Assembly: GCF_964213995.1 (NCBI RefSeq)
Contig: NW_027593001.1
Location: 1-41,000, forward strand
Direction: 5' to 3'
Length of the DNA: 41,000 nt
Source of the DNA: Mustelus asterias
Taxonomy: Eukaryota
The position numbers and the translations under genes are program-made. The notes under the pieces are model-generated. The model ran no database searches, was not told the origin of the DNA, and was given only the letters and a program-made list of their open reading frames with translations. Shown here one piece after another: positions 24,061 to 36,334 of this stretch (the stretch's first letter is position 1; every line of letters starts with the position of its first letter).

Positions 24061-24984
24061 GGTTTCCGTGTATACATCTCGATGCAAAGTAACAAAATGC
24101 TCTAATTCTGCTGATGATTCCAATCTAGTGTAAAGGGTAGCCCCTGTTATAATCTGGGTTTATTTTTTGAGAAACTGAGGGGCATTTCCCTGAGACAGGA
24201 TTGGCTACTCTGCCAGAACTGATGGATATTCCCCGCCAATAAATGAGAGCTGTAAAGAATCGCATTTTCTGGTTCCTTCTGTGTCTTATGCGACTTTCCT
24301 CATAACTCTGTCTCATTGCTTCCGTCTCTCTGTTATACCAACCTCTCATTTTTTGTAAACCTCCTTATCGCTATCAAATGACTGGAAATTAATTCAAATA
24401 ATTCAAGCGGTGACAACAGAGTTTGACAAACTCGACAAACAAAGCTACCCGAAACCACCAGCAGGTGGCGTGACTTACCGTCGTTGCGGAGTTTTCACAT
24501 TGCTACCTGAAAATCAATGTGCCCTTTCTATTTGTCTCATTTAATGAATTCGTCATTAGTAGAGACCATGAGACTGGCGGTGTAAATAAGAAGTAGAAAG
24601 CTAAAGTTGGCGACATACATTTAAGGTCACGTGTGTTCTCTGCTCTTGGATTGTTTGGAAATAGATAATGTTCACCGGATTTAAGCAGTGATCCTTCCTT
24701 GTTGATCAGCCCCACTACTCGCCATCAGCAATTGCTGAAGCGATTCATTCCGCTGCTGTCTGCACCCGGGCAAAGACGGTGAAAGCAAAAGTAGTGGACC
24801 AGACCTTGGCTTCATTTCGCGTTTTATCGACAGTCATCGAATGGAGCAGCACCACCTTATCCTCACTGCTCACATCCGCACAGCGAAGTGTGTAAACCAC
24901 CAAGGGAATCCTGCAACTCCATAATATTTGCAGATCGTGCGATGGGCCATTCACCCCATCATGCGTGCTTGGCTGTCATTAATT

Positions 24985-25305
24985 GGTACAGTGGCGTCAC
25001 AGTGGTTAGCACTGCTGCCTCATAATTCCAGGGATCCGGGTTCAGTTCCAGGCTACGTGGAGTTTGCAGATGCTCCCAGTGTCTGTGTGGGGTGCCCCTT
25101 TTCCTCCGACAGTTCAATGATGTGCAGGTTAGATGCGTTCAGCATTCCAACTTGTCAAATATTTGTGGGTTAGAATAAATCGCCACGATAAATCTGTGGG
25201 GTTACGGTGATGGAGCAGGAGAGGACCAGGAAAATATACTCTGTCGGAGAGTCACTGCAGACTCGAAGAGCCTGATGGCCTCCTTTTGCACTGTATGGAT
25301 TCGAA
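24985..25305 (+). mobile_element. Degenerate HE1-like SINE
   Basis: cagtggttagcactgctgcctca head and tggcctcctttt tail. Confidence 0.7.
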
Positions 25306-26456
25306 GACAATTATTGATCTTTTCATCAACTGCATTCCCTAAACTCCATATTCCTTATGCAAACGTAATTGGAGCAGCGCTGGTAAGCTTACTTCCAGCA
25401 ATGTAGCTCAAACAGACATGAGAGTTTATTTATTGAATTTTCAGTCATCTACCTGAATCACTCAAACATTCTGGTTCACTGTGTACCATTCAGGATACCT
25501 GTCACTGAATCAAGTGGTTAGCTGATTTCCGTCAAACACTTACTCATCTCGAACCTCTTAATGAGGAAGTATGATCTGTATTGCTGAACGTTCCCCTCCA
25601 GTTATTTCTCGGATCTGATCTGCTTTCTTCCCGACTACAAGATACAATAGCAAATCTTCCCTTGTTGGTGTTTCTTCCAACATTTCGGATGATACAAGCA
25701 TCTAAAACCAGTCGTAGAAGCTATTCGGTTACCTCCTTTACCGATTTCTTGCATAGAAATAATACGAGACAATATAAATCTCCATTACTATTGTTGCATA
25801 ATTTGTCTGCATATTTCTTCCACTACCTTCCTTCCCGGTGCAGAGACATGGTGAGGGACACAATAAGTTCAGAGATAGGGTTGTCGAGGTGAAGAGCTAT
25901 AGAGTGACACGAAGATGTACAGATTCCGAAAGATACTGAGAAAGAAACTCCTGATATTGAGTTTGATGTAACGGTTAAAATGCACTCAGTGTAAACGTTT
26001 GCATCCCATCTTCTGATTCTGATTCGCACGCTGTCTCTCAAAGGCAATAAAGAAAGACTTCCATTTATATACCGCCGTTCATGACATCAGGACTTCACAA
26101 AGAGCTTTACACCCAAAGAAGTCTTCGAATTTTCATCACTGTCTTAATATAGGAGACGTGGCAGTTAATAGGCTCGCTTCAAACTCCACAAAGAACAAAG
26201 TGATAATCAGGTCATCGATTTTAGTGATATAGATTGGAGGGCTGATGGAAAGTGACATCTGTCAGAAAACCTGTCATTCTGTCATCTAAGTTGCCATTTC
26301 CGCTCTTCGGTCGCACAGAAAAACATTCAAGTTCTCATTTCAGGTTTTGGCTCATTTAGTTCCACTGTTGAGGTGGAGGGTGGGTGATGCAGGCTTTATA
26401 AACCTATTACTAAGGGTCCGAAGCTGTGTTGCTGCTGTGTTCTGTATTCTGATATT

Positions 26457-26809
26457 ATGCATCATTTTCTCTTTTTGACATCGATATTCATTCTTCTCAT
26501 TCAGGCCAGTGAGGAAATGGAGGCAGTGTTTCAGGATCCACCGAGCATCAGAGTGAGTTACGGAGACAGTGTGAAGCTAAACTGCAATTGTTCGACATCA
26601 CATACTTCTACTGCTTTCTTCTGGTATATTCAGCACCCAGAGAAACACCCTCAATATCTATTGGAAAAAAGGAGTACTGGAAAAAATGTGACTGCCTTTG
26701 GGAAGCGGCTGCTTTATGCTACCTTAGATAACACAGCAAGAACTGTTCCTTTAAGCATTCACTATGCGCAGTTCTCTGACAGTGCGGTGTATTCCTGTGT
26801 ACTGGGACA
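26457..26809 (+). CDS. TCR alpha/delta-like V segment with leader and V in one exon
   Basis: Open frame MHHFLFLTSIFILLIQAS-EEMEAVFQDP..LNC..FWYIQ..SDSAVYSC. TATA-like tttataaaa ~60 bp upstream. Confidence 0.85.
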
Positions 26810-26848
26810 CACAGCGTTACCAGGTCAGTAGAGACCCGTACAAAAAAT
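26810..26848 (+). other. 23-bp-spacer RSS
   Basis: cacagcg, 23 nt, acaaaaaat. Confidence 0.85.
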
Positions 26849-27226
26849 GCTCCTTCTTTCTAATATGACGTTTTGACTCCACACAAGTTGTGATATTTTG
26901 CAACTGCCGCAGCAATGTGATGTACATTCTATTAACTACATTCAACAGTTAAATTTGTCTGTATCTGGTTCACTATCTCGTCGGTTGGGCTTTCTCCACC
27001 TGCTCAGACTCTTTTCGCAAATCCCTTTATGTGGTTCCCGCATGCCTGACTGCTCGGTTTGTCACTCTCTCTCGCTCGCTCGCTCCCTCATTCTCAGTTT
27101 TCTTTTCTCACATTCCCGTTTATATCACCTCCATCAGACGCATTGCACTCGGTCTCATCTCCCGTTGATATGCAATGGTATTAATTATCTCCGAGTATTA
27201 TCATCCTCTGGGTTGGCATTTGACAG

Positions 27227-27360
27227 NNNNNNNNNNNNNNNNNNNNNNNNNNNNNNNNNNNNNNNNNNNNNNNNNNNNNNNNNNNNNNNNNNNNNNNNNN
27301 NNNNNNNNNNNNNNNNNNNNNNNNNNNNNNNNNNNNNNNNNNNNNNNNNNNNNNNNNNNN
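27227..27360. other. Assembly gap (134 N)
   Basis: Run of N. Confidence 1.
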
Positions 27361-30300
27361 GTGTGTCCCTCTTTCTCTTTCTATTCTTTCTGTCTATCGT
27401 TTTCTTTAGTTCTCCCTCTCGATTTTCGCTCTGTTGTTCTCTCAGCTGGACTTATGTCGTGCTCAACGGTTTGCAACTGTAACAAAATTAATTTTCTCTT
27501 AACCACACCCACTGATCCAATACATTAGTGCCTAACGGTATTAGATTGCAGTTTACTGGATCAATATTTCTCCTCAAATCGGTGACACGGTTTCTCAGCC
27601 AGTTTTTATTTTATATTGTCCCACAAATCTTTCTATTGGTAACATCAATTTCTGACACTATGATCACTATTGCTGAGATTTTCTACTTCACCCACCTCCT
27701 TCCACATGGAATACAATCACAGAATCATTACAGCACATCCAAGCTTTCGGCCCTTCCATTCCAGGCTAGCTCCTTGCAATAACAATTTACCTATATTCAC
27801 GAGCCGACAGTTCCTAATAACTGTGGAATTTCATTTCATTCAGCTGTTAATGTTATTGCTCTTTGAAAACCATGTGCTCATCGGTCTTTGCCACCAATTA
27901 ATTTAACTGTAGAATTAAATCTACCATCCTACCTGCGCCCCGTATCCTTTGACTCCGTTGTAGATCAGAAACATGTCCAATTCAGCATTCGATCTTTGGA
28001 AGGCCACAAAAAAAATCTGAGAGAAGAAATTCCTCCTAATCTCTGCTAAATTGGAGGCCTCTTATTTTGAAATTGTGCCACAAGTTCTCCTTTCTCCAAT
28101 CTCCACATCTATGTTGTCAAACACGCTGAGAAAAAGTTATGTTTCCAAATGTTCGTCTCTCATTGATCTATATTCAAGTGTATGTCGGCACTTCTAACTA
28201 AACATATTGCCATAATTCAAACATTTGTTCCCTGGAAATAACGTAATGAATCTTCCCCGAACAGCTTCCATGCACGTATAACCCTTCTTAAATCAGGACA
28301 CGAAAATTGTGTTGAGGTATGATTTCACCAAAACTCTGTATAGTCAGAACATTTTGTTTGCCTTCCTAAATATGTACCGTATCTGCAATGCTAACGTGTT
28401 GTGATTTATATACGTATGTACCTCGGTAACGTGCAGTCTGTAGTCTCTCCCAAAATAGTCTTATTTTCTATTCAAACCAGTAATCTGGACAATCTCATTT
28501 TTGCCCCATTTGCCTCAGGGACAAATGTCAATGTAACCTAATTTTTGGTGATAAACAATGGTTACTCCCCCGAAGTTCAGTGCTAGCATCACTGTTCTGC
28601 ACTATATATGTTCCGTGTTCTTGTCATGTTGATTGAAATTTCTAAATATTTCGAATTGTGTCACAGATTGAGAATTGGACCTTTTCGTGCAAATGGACCG
28701 GTGCAGGCTAGCAGAATTGGTAAATGAGTGAAAGCTGGAATTTAAGGTGATGCATCTTGACAAAAGGCGTTAACGAGGGCTGATATATGTCAATGCATGG
28801 AAGGGGTTCCAATGAAGGAGGTTGCTTTGCCCTAGATCATGCCACGTTCCATCTTTGTTATTCCAAATGTCGTCCTCAGTTGACTGTGTGAATTCGTTTT
28901 CTGCTTTGTCCACTATCCAGGAGCGCAACTCCCTCTGCACTCTCATTTTGTTTTACTTTTATGCCTTTGTTCCATTCCCTAAAGGATAAATCCTTCAGAT
29001 TGGCACAAGGGGTTTCAACACGAGGAGCCAGGAAACAAACCAGAACGCAACTACGATTTGTTAAGAACTGGGAAAAATTTAGATTCGGAATCAACTTATT
29101 AAAACAAAAGAAAATTGGGTAATATAAATTTTAAAAAAGAAATTTATGAGGACAGCTGGAAGAAGGGGGTACTAGTAAGTGAATTAACATGCCAGTCAGA
29201 GAAGCAAGGGTCTACATATATGATTGGGGGAATACAATCGGGCGTGGAAGAGGTAACTTCAATGTGATCGTTCAGGGAATTGGAACTTATATGCTCTAGA
29301 TGCTCATACAGTTGTATAATATTGGTTGCTGTTTGGCAATAAGGGGCATGTCAGATTTCAGGAAAAGTTGGTTGTTGGGAAAAAAGGGGTTACTTCATGT
29401 TAACGTCCGTATTTATAGCCATTAATGTGGTTACGTGCACTGTATTAGTGTTTTATCGTCATGCTTGTCATGCGCTTTTCTTTTTATGTTAATAAATGTT
29501 CTTTATTAAATGATCGCAGCAAGACTTGACTGTTCCTCCCGGGTTTGCATATCGTACTTAATGGACACCAAATTGAAATATAAACCATTAAGCACCAGTG
29601 TTCCAAGTTACACCTCTAGGTTCTGGGATACCCTCGTATTTCACATTAGCAGGGTACATAACAGATGTGTATTAGAGGCAGACAATGTGTGAGAATTGCG
29701 AAGATTAAGAAGCCACTTGGTTGAAACCTTGAAGATCCTGAGGGCTGTGACCGGCTGATTTTCTTCCTGATGGCCTTAATGTGTGGAATGTTTTCTCAAA
29801 GAAAGAGTACCTGCTTTTAAACTAGTTCAATGATTCATGCAAGGACAAATCACCAAATAATGTTTCTCACTGATTTATTTTAGCACTTCACTTCTGACCT
29901 ACGAGGTCACTTGATACTATCCTTTTTGTATCCGGAGGCAGGAACTGCGAGAGAGACGGGGTGAAAATTGAATGGTATGGGTATATAGTGTCTGGATTCA
30001 GACCATGAGAAGTTCTCAGTGACGTGTTTCAACTCCTGTTTGAAGTTGACAGCGTGAATAATCAGAAGCTATTTCTCCATCCAGATAGTGTGAAGGATGA
30101 GAGTTTTAGATTAACGAAGAACGACTGGGATGATGAGAAATAGCTGCGCTCAAATTGTTGATAATTTTGGATTTCACTATGTGATCGCTGTGGTTATTCA
30201 ATTGTTGAACATGTTCAGGATTGATGTTGATGGATTTTGGGGCACTGAATGGCTTAAGGAATAAAGGTACCGAGCAGATTTATTGTTTCATGAAAAAGAT

Positions 30301-30634
30301 TGGTCCCAAACATGTTAAATGACAGCACTGATTGGAGGAGCCGAGTGGCCTCTCTTCTCCCGATTCTTATTTTCTTAAGAGGAAATCTCTAAGGAAGGAT
30401 GGAAACAGAATGGAAGGGACAGGTTACATTAGCCTGGTGACCAGAAAGCAGCTGCCATCTTTATATGTGATACAACTTTCTTCAATTGCCACCTCAGTGG
30501 AATAAAAGGGAAACTCGTGGTAGTTTTCTTACAGAGCTGCTGAAGACCAATTTCACCGTACAAGTCAAGGCGAAAAATTCTGTGATAAAAATATACATTT
30601 CGATTTGTAATTTAAACCAAACCTTTTGGATTTT

Positions 30635-32994
30635 CTACTTTACTATGCTTACAACGAGACTGCCAATATATATTGCTGCATGTTTCAATTCTTCTCGGAA
30701 TTTCCTCTGCGTCACTGCATAAATACACGTGTTAGTGCAACAGCTCAGCAGCTGCAGCATGTTTCCACTTTCTTGGCGAATAAATTTTGGGTCATTGAAA
30801 TTGGATCCTCCGAAATATGCTTCATTTGTAATTTTCACATAGAGGAAATCCAAAACGTATGTCATCCACAACAGAATGAAACTTCCTGAGATGGCGAAGA
30901 GTAAAACAACAGATTTCTTCCTGTTCTTCATTTCTGGATCACTCTGATTATCTGCACTGCTGTGAGCCCGGAGTCGACGGCGGGATCTACTAGCCGCCAG
31001 GATGTGTCTGACGGTCAGTGCATTAAACAACAAAATCAGAAGGAATGGCAGAATGGGATTTAATATACGTGCAAACCAATCATAGGCTGTCCATGAGAAG
31101 GAAGTGTAGAAAGCTGACTTTATATTACAAAACCATGGCACATTGTTCATTATATAGAGCGGTTCATACATAAAATACCAGGGAATGCTTTTTAAACAAC
31201 TCAACAAACAGACCATTCCAATCACCACAGCTGCTGTTTTCTCGGTGCAATAGTTTGCTTGCAGTTTCTGGCAGCAAATGGCTACATAACGATCAAAGGT
31301 GAAAACGACGGTTAACCAGACAGAACTCTCCGTGGCTGCATAGATTATCACAGTACTCAGAGTACAGGCTGGAGTCAACGACAAAAAACTTACTGGAAAA
31401 TAAATGCCAATAATCCGGTTGAAGATCACAGCGGTGACAACGACAAGGAGATCCGTCACTGCCATGGAAACCAGATATCGAGTGATGCATTTGGAGAGAC
31501 CACACCTTCCTCGGGAGAGGATCACAATCGCCATCAAGTTAACTGAGAGCAAAAGCAAAATTAAAGTTGTAAATTTATTCAACAAATTCCAAGCACACGC
31601 ATGGGTGCTGCGGGTTTTTTTGTGACACTTTTGCTGGTTTATCTTCGTTATGGAAGACAGCTATTCTTGGCTTTTCAAGGTTAATTATATTTCAAAAAGA
31701 GCTACAAGGGCAGACTCCATTTATGTCGCAAATTTAACGCAAAGGGTGTCTCAAGTCGCTTCACAGGAAAGCAATGCAGCAAAATTTGACACCTAATAAC
31801 ATGAGGCGATATTAAGTTAAATGCTGAATAACTTGACAATGAGATACACTTAAGGAAACTATATAATGAGCAGAGTGAGGAAGAATGGCAATGGCAGCAA
31901 TTGCAATGTTTGGGACCGAAAGGCTGTAGATCTCCGGGTTGCATGTAAAATTCGGCATTCAAGCTTTGGACCATGTAGCAGATAAGCAGAATATCCTGTA
32001 AATACGCTTGACATATTAGTTACACCTGCGTGGTTAAAATGTATAATGTGATAAGGATTTGGTTTGGCTTGTTAGGATTCCACGGGAATATATTCAGTAA
32101 GTATGATGTGTCAAATTAACACAATTTAAGGAGCATCAGATGTGTTTTAATCAGAAATCCCGCTTGCTGGGAAAATACATTTCCAATCTGTTGAGCAATG
32201 ACACTAATTGTTCCGTAATGAGAAGTGAAAAAAAGGATATATATTGTCTGGAGTTTCGAAGAGTAAAGGCGATCTTGTTGAAACAAACAAACTTCTCGAA
32301 AGGCTTGACAGAGTAAATACTGGAAGGTTGTGCCCGCTGATTTTGGAATCATGCCCAAAGATTGTATTGCTGGAAATGTTTTCTCACGTTTCCCCCTGTA
32401 GCTGAATGCCCAGGAACTATAGGTTACAAAGATATGAAAAACCTTGCCTCGGTATATGCATGCTGGCAAGAACAGCCACAGAGTATTGAATGTGTCAGAG
32501 ACTTAATGAGCAAGGCTTACGTTTAAGTAAAATACATATTTCAGTGATGAAAAGACGGGCTACCACTGAGCAATAATGTTTTAGAAGAAACCTGGAAACA
32601 ATTATGTCATGTTCTTTATTACCATAATGAGCGCTAACTTCATAAATCAATCATAGAAATCATAGGAACATAGAAACCCTACAGTGCAGAAGGAGGCCAT
32701 TCGGCCCATCGAGTCTGCACCGACCACAATCCCACCCAGGCCCTACCCCCACATATTTTACCCACTAATCCCTCTAACCTACACATCCCAGGACTCTAAG
32801 GGGCAATTTTTTAACCTGGCCAATCAACCTAACCCGCACATCTTTGGACTTTCATTAACTCATTAAATCATTAACTTGACGCATCAATGATGCGTCAAGT
32901 TAATGATTTAGTACCACGACTTACCTGGAACTCCAATGGCAGCAAGAATTGGATAGTAAATGGCATAAACTACACCAGATATTCGCCCGTGCAT
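30635..32994 (-). CDS. Class A GPCR, GPR139/GPR142-like, two coding exons (32994-32925, 31542-30635), 325 aa
   Basis: MHGRISGVVYAIYYPILAAIGVP|VNLMAIVIL with a phase-1 gtaag...ctcag intron, seven hydrophobic segments, FDRYVAIC and NTCIY motifs, and no disruptions. Confidence 0.9.
32650..32850 (-). mobile_element. HE1-like SINE 3' half in the GPCR intron
   Basis: Minus strand agtccaaagatgtgcgggttagg...gggccgaatggcctccttctgcactgtagg with a ctatg tail. Confidence 0.8.
32864..32910. repeat. Perfect 47-bp palindrome (23-bp arms, 1-nt spacer)
   Basis: taaatcattaacttgacgcatca-a-tgatgcgtcaagttaatgattta. Confidence 0.95.
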
Positions 32995-33409
32995 TCTGTA
33001 TGAGAAAAGATGACAGTTAAACACAAAGATTCTCTGTTACAAAGTCACAGGCACCCACATTAATACTGTTGGAAATCTACAGGGACGCAATTAATTTCCA
33101 ACATTATTTACACTTACTTGAACAAACAGATTCAGCATTCATTTTCCATGTTCATTCTGGGAGGGGTTAGAATATTGCGATATTCCAGGGAGGGGACGAT
33201 CTAGTCTTTATGTCTCCTGCCGCCTGGGTAATTTTGAGTTGAATTACTTAATACTTGGGCAAAAGTAACGGATGCTTATCATGTGAAATGTTCATTATAA
33301 TGATACAGCTAAAAAATATTACAGCCACGAGGCAGCAGGCAGCATAGCTCAGTGACATTAGAACAGATGAAAATCGGAATGATAGTAAGATTTAAAAAAC
33401 TACTGAAGC

Positions 33410-33580
33410 TAGAATCTGGAACAAAAACAGAAAATGCTGGAAAATCCCAGCAGGTCTGACAGCATCTGTGGAGCGAAGCGGTCTGACAAAGGGTCATTCA
33501 GACTCGAAACGTTCGCTCTATTTTCTCTCTGCAAATGCTGTCAGACCTGCTGAGATTTTCCAGCATTTTCTGTTTTTGTA
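33410..33580. mobile_element. Penelope-like palindromic element (family 2) with hammerhead-like motif
   Basis: ~50-bp inverted arms around CTGACAA-A-GGGTC-attca-GACTC-GAAA-CGTT. Confidence 0.65.
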
Positions 33581-34094
33581 TCGAAATGGGAGTGACAGTC
33601 ACATGCTATCGAATGGCCTCATATAACAGAAGTTGGAGTCCCGTGCAACATATAAGTTCCTCATAAAATGTAAGTCATTCCCAGACAGTACAAATGATGC
33701 CGACAGACTCCACCGACCTTCACGTCACAATAGCATGCATTCTCACAAACACATTCACACAGCACCGGAAACATCATGAAACTGCCCAATGCACACCACG
33801 TGGGAGCTGTCAAAAAATCCGACAGAAGAACATATGGAAATTAATAGATATGTTGATAACAATCCCAGCCCTCTTGACTATTCCACTCGTTTCTTTCCAT
33901 GTTTATTTTTCTCTGGACCCCATTTCTATTGTGCTAGCTAGATTCTCCTTGTTTTTTGGTGGTTTTAAAGCTCTGGTTATTTATTTAGTAGTCGTTGTGT
34001 CATTCGTGAATTCACTAGGCTCTCTATAATATTGCTTCATCCTGTTTGATTAGGATGCAGGGATAAACAAGATCGAGATTGTCTCCTCCTCCAA

Positions 34095-35190
34095 TGGATA
34101 CAAAATTGGCTTCTTGACGCAAGCCAGAGGATGGTTGGAGAGGGTTGTTTTTTCAAACTGGACGCCTGTGACCAGCAGTGTGCCTCGGGGATCAGTGCTG
34201 GGTCCACTGTTATTTGTCATTTAGATTAATGATTTGGATGAGGATATAGGAGGCATGGTTAGTAAGTTTGCAGATGACACTAAGATTGGTGGCATAGGGG
34301 AGAGTGAAGAAAGTTATCTTCAATTGCAACGGGATCTTGATTGTGCCAGTGGGCTGACGAATGGCAGATGGAGTCTAACTTAGACAATGCGAAGTGATGC
34401 GTTTTGTTAGATTGAACCAGGGCAGGACTTACTCAGTTAATGGTAGGGCGTTGGGAAGCGTTAGAGAACAAAGAGATCTAAGGGTACATGTTCATAGCTC
34501 CTTGAAAGTGGAGTCTCGGGTGGACAGAATGGTGAAAAAAGCATTCGGCATGCTTGGTTTCATCGGTCAGAACATTGAATACAGGAGTTGGGACGTCTTG
34601 TTGAAGTTGTACAGGACATTGGGAAGTCCACACTTGGAATACGGTGTGCAATTCTGGTCACCCTATCATAGAAAGGATATTATTAAACTAGAAAGAGTGC
34701 AGAAAAGATTTACTAGGATGCTACCGTGACTTGATGGATTGAGTTATAAGGAGAGGCTGGATAGACTAGTACTTTTTTCTCTGGAGCGTAGGAGGCTGAG
34801 GGGTGATCTTATGGAGGTCTTTAAAATGATGAGGCGCATCGATCAGCTAGATAGCCAATATCCATTCCCAGAGTTGCAGAGTCTAAAACTAGAGAGCATA
34901 GGTTTAAGGTGAGAGGGGAGAGATTCAAAACTGTCCAGAGGGGCATTTTTTTCACACAGAGGGCGGTGAGCGTCTCGAACAAGCTGCCAGAGGTAGTAGT
35001 AGAGGCGGGTATAATTTTGTCTTTTAAGAAGCTTTTAGATAGCTACGTGGATGCGAAGGCTATGGAGGGATATGGGCCAAATGCGGGCAATTGGGATTAG
35101 CTTAGGGGTTTAAAAAAAAGGGCGGCATGGACAAGTTGGGTCGAAGGGCCTGTTTCCATGCTGTAAACCTCCATGACTCTATGACTCTAC
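34095..35190 (+). mobile_element. CR1/HER1 LINE fragment, disrupted
   Basis: SKFADDTK and HLEYGVQFWSP motifs, with a (ctatgact) tail. Confidence 0.92.
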
Positions 35191-35503
35191 TGGCATCGCC
35201 AGCGAAGCCCACATCCCCTGAATCAATAACAATAAATAATGTACTCGAAACCAAGTAGAGCATGCCACCCACAACTGTTGATCACCTGCTGAAATTCTGG
35301 ATTCTCGCTGCCGGGAGTTTCGACTGAAAATTCACAGCTCAGTTCCCCATTTAAATACTTGAGTTTCATTTTAAACTGTGGGCGTGGCCTAATTTACCAT
35401 TGATCGGGTCTGAAGTATTTCAGTGCAGCTCTGATATCCAGTCTCCCAGAGCAGTCCAGCTCTGTAGTCTCAGCTCCCTGGCATATAAACCGTCAGCAGA
35501 ACG

Positions 35504-35999
35504 ATGGGAATCCTTCTTGTTTTCACCCTGTGTGCCTGTTTACCCTGATGAGTACCGATCAAACTCACCCACATTGCGTGGATTGAATATAAAGCTGCCC
35601 CAGTCCATCTCAATTACAGACACTGTCTAGGATTTTAGCCCCTTTGTTTGGTCCATTAAACTCTGTGTTTAATTTCCAGGATCTTTCAATCAGTCAGTGA
35701 CACAGAGCCTGGCAGCGTTGACCAGGAAGGAGTGTCAGTCTCTTACCATCACCTGTGTTTTCTATGGAGTTTATGATTTAGAAAATTGTCATTTTTTTCA
35801 GACAAATCCAGACCGGGACGGAGCGGGAGCGGATCTCCAGCGGAGGGAGATTTATTGTACTGGTGAATAAAGCAGAAAAGACATTTTCACTGGAAATTCG
35901 GGATGTGAGAGTTGAAGACAGTGCCACCTATTACTGTAAAGTTCAGCACTGGTACTACTCACATAGGACACTGCACTGGGAGAGAGTTCGACAAAAACC
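35504..35999 (+). pseudogene. NAR-TCR (IgNAR-like) V segment, damaged
   Basis: Leader MGILLVFTLCACLP with a non-GT donor (atgagt). V exon from 35680 reads SVTQS..RKECQSLTITC..[+1 T at 35792-8]..ERISSGGRFIVLVNKAEKTFSLEIRDVRVEDSATYYCK. RSS is cacatag, 24 nt, acaaaaacc. Confidence 0.85.
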
Positions 36000-36334
36000 T
36001 CAGGACAATCAAAACAGTAATTCCCAGCAATTCCCATGTTCGGTAACTTGACTTGTCGGGTTGATGTTATTCCCAGTTCAATCTAGTTTAATTTCATTGT
36101 AATTTCCACCATCAGCTATAATTCTTCAAGGCTTTTCGCTGTTAATAAGAATCTTGCATCTCTGCTCCTGTTCCTGGGAAATTTTACCAGGAGCTCAGAG
36201 AGTCAGAAGGAAAAATTTTGTCCAATGATGTTTTGTTTTTAAACAACCAATGTTCATTATTGATTTAAATCCCCTGAATAACCGAGAAACACTGATTGCT
36301 GGGTAATGGCTGCTCGGCAGTTTGAGGTGTCAGT

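Noticed and set aside
24740-24870. SAPGQ...FYRQ as a V fragment
   Set aside because: Too few motifs, lying in inconsistent frames.
26898-27528. ORFs spanning the N run
   Set aside because: They are artefacts of the assembly gap.
31543-31585. ORF-track N-terminus of the GPCR (MLNKFTTL...)
   Set aside because: This is intronic polypyrimidine sequence. The real N-terminus is the exon at 32925-32994.
36225-36300. Candidate D segment (atgttttgt...caatgtt)
   Set aside because: The spacer is 11 nt, the heptamer is poor, and there is no 3' RSS.
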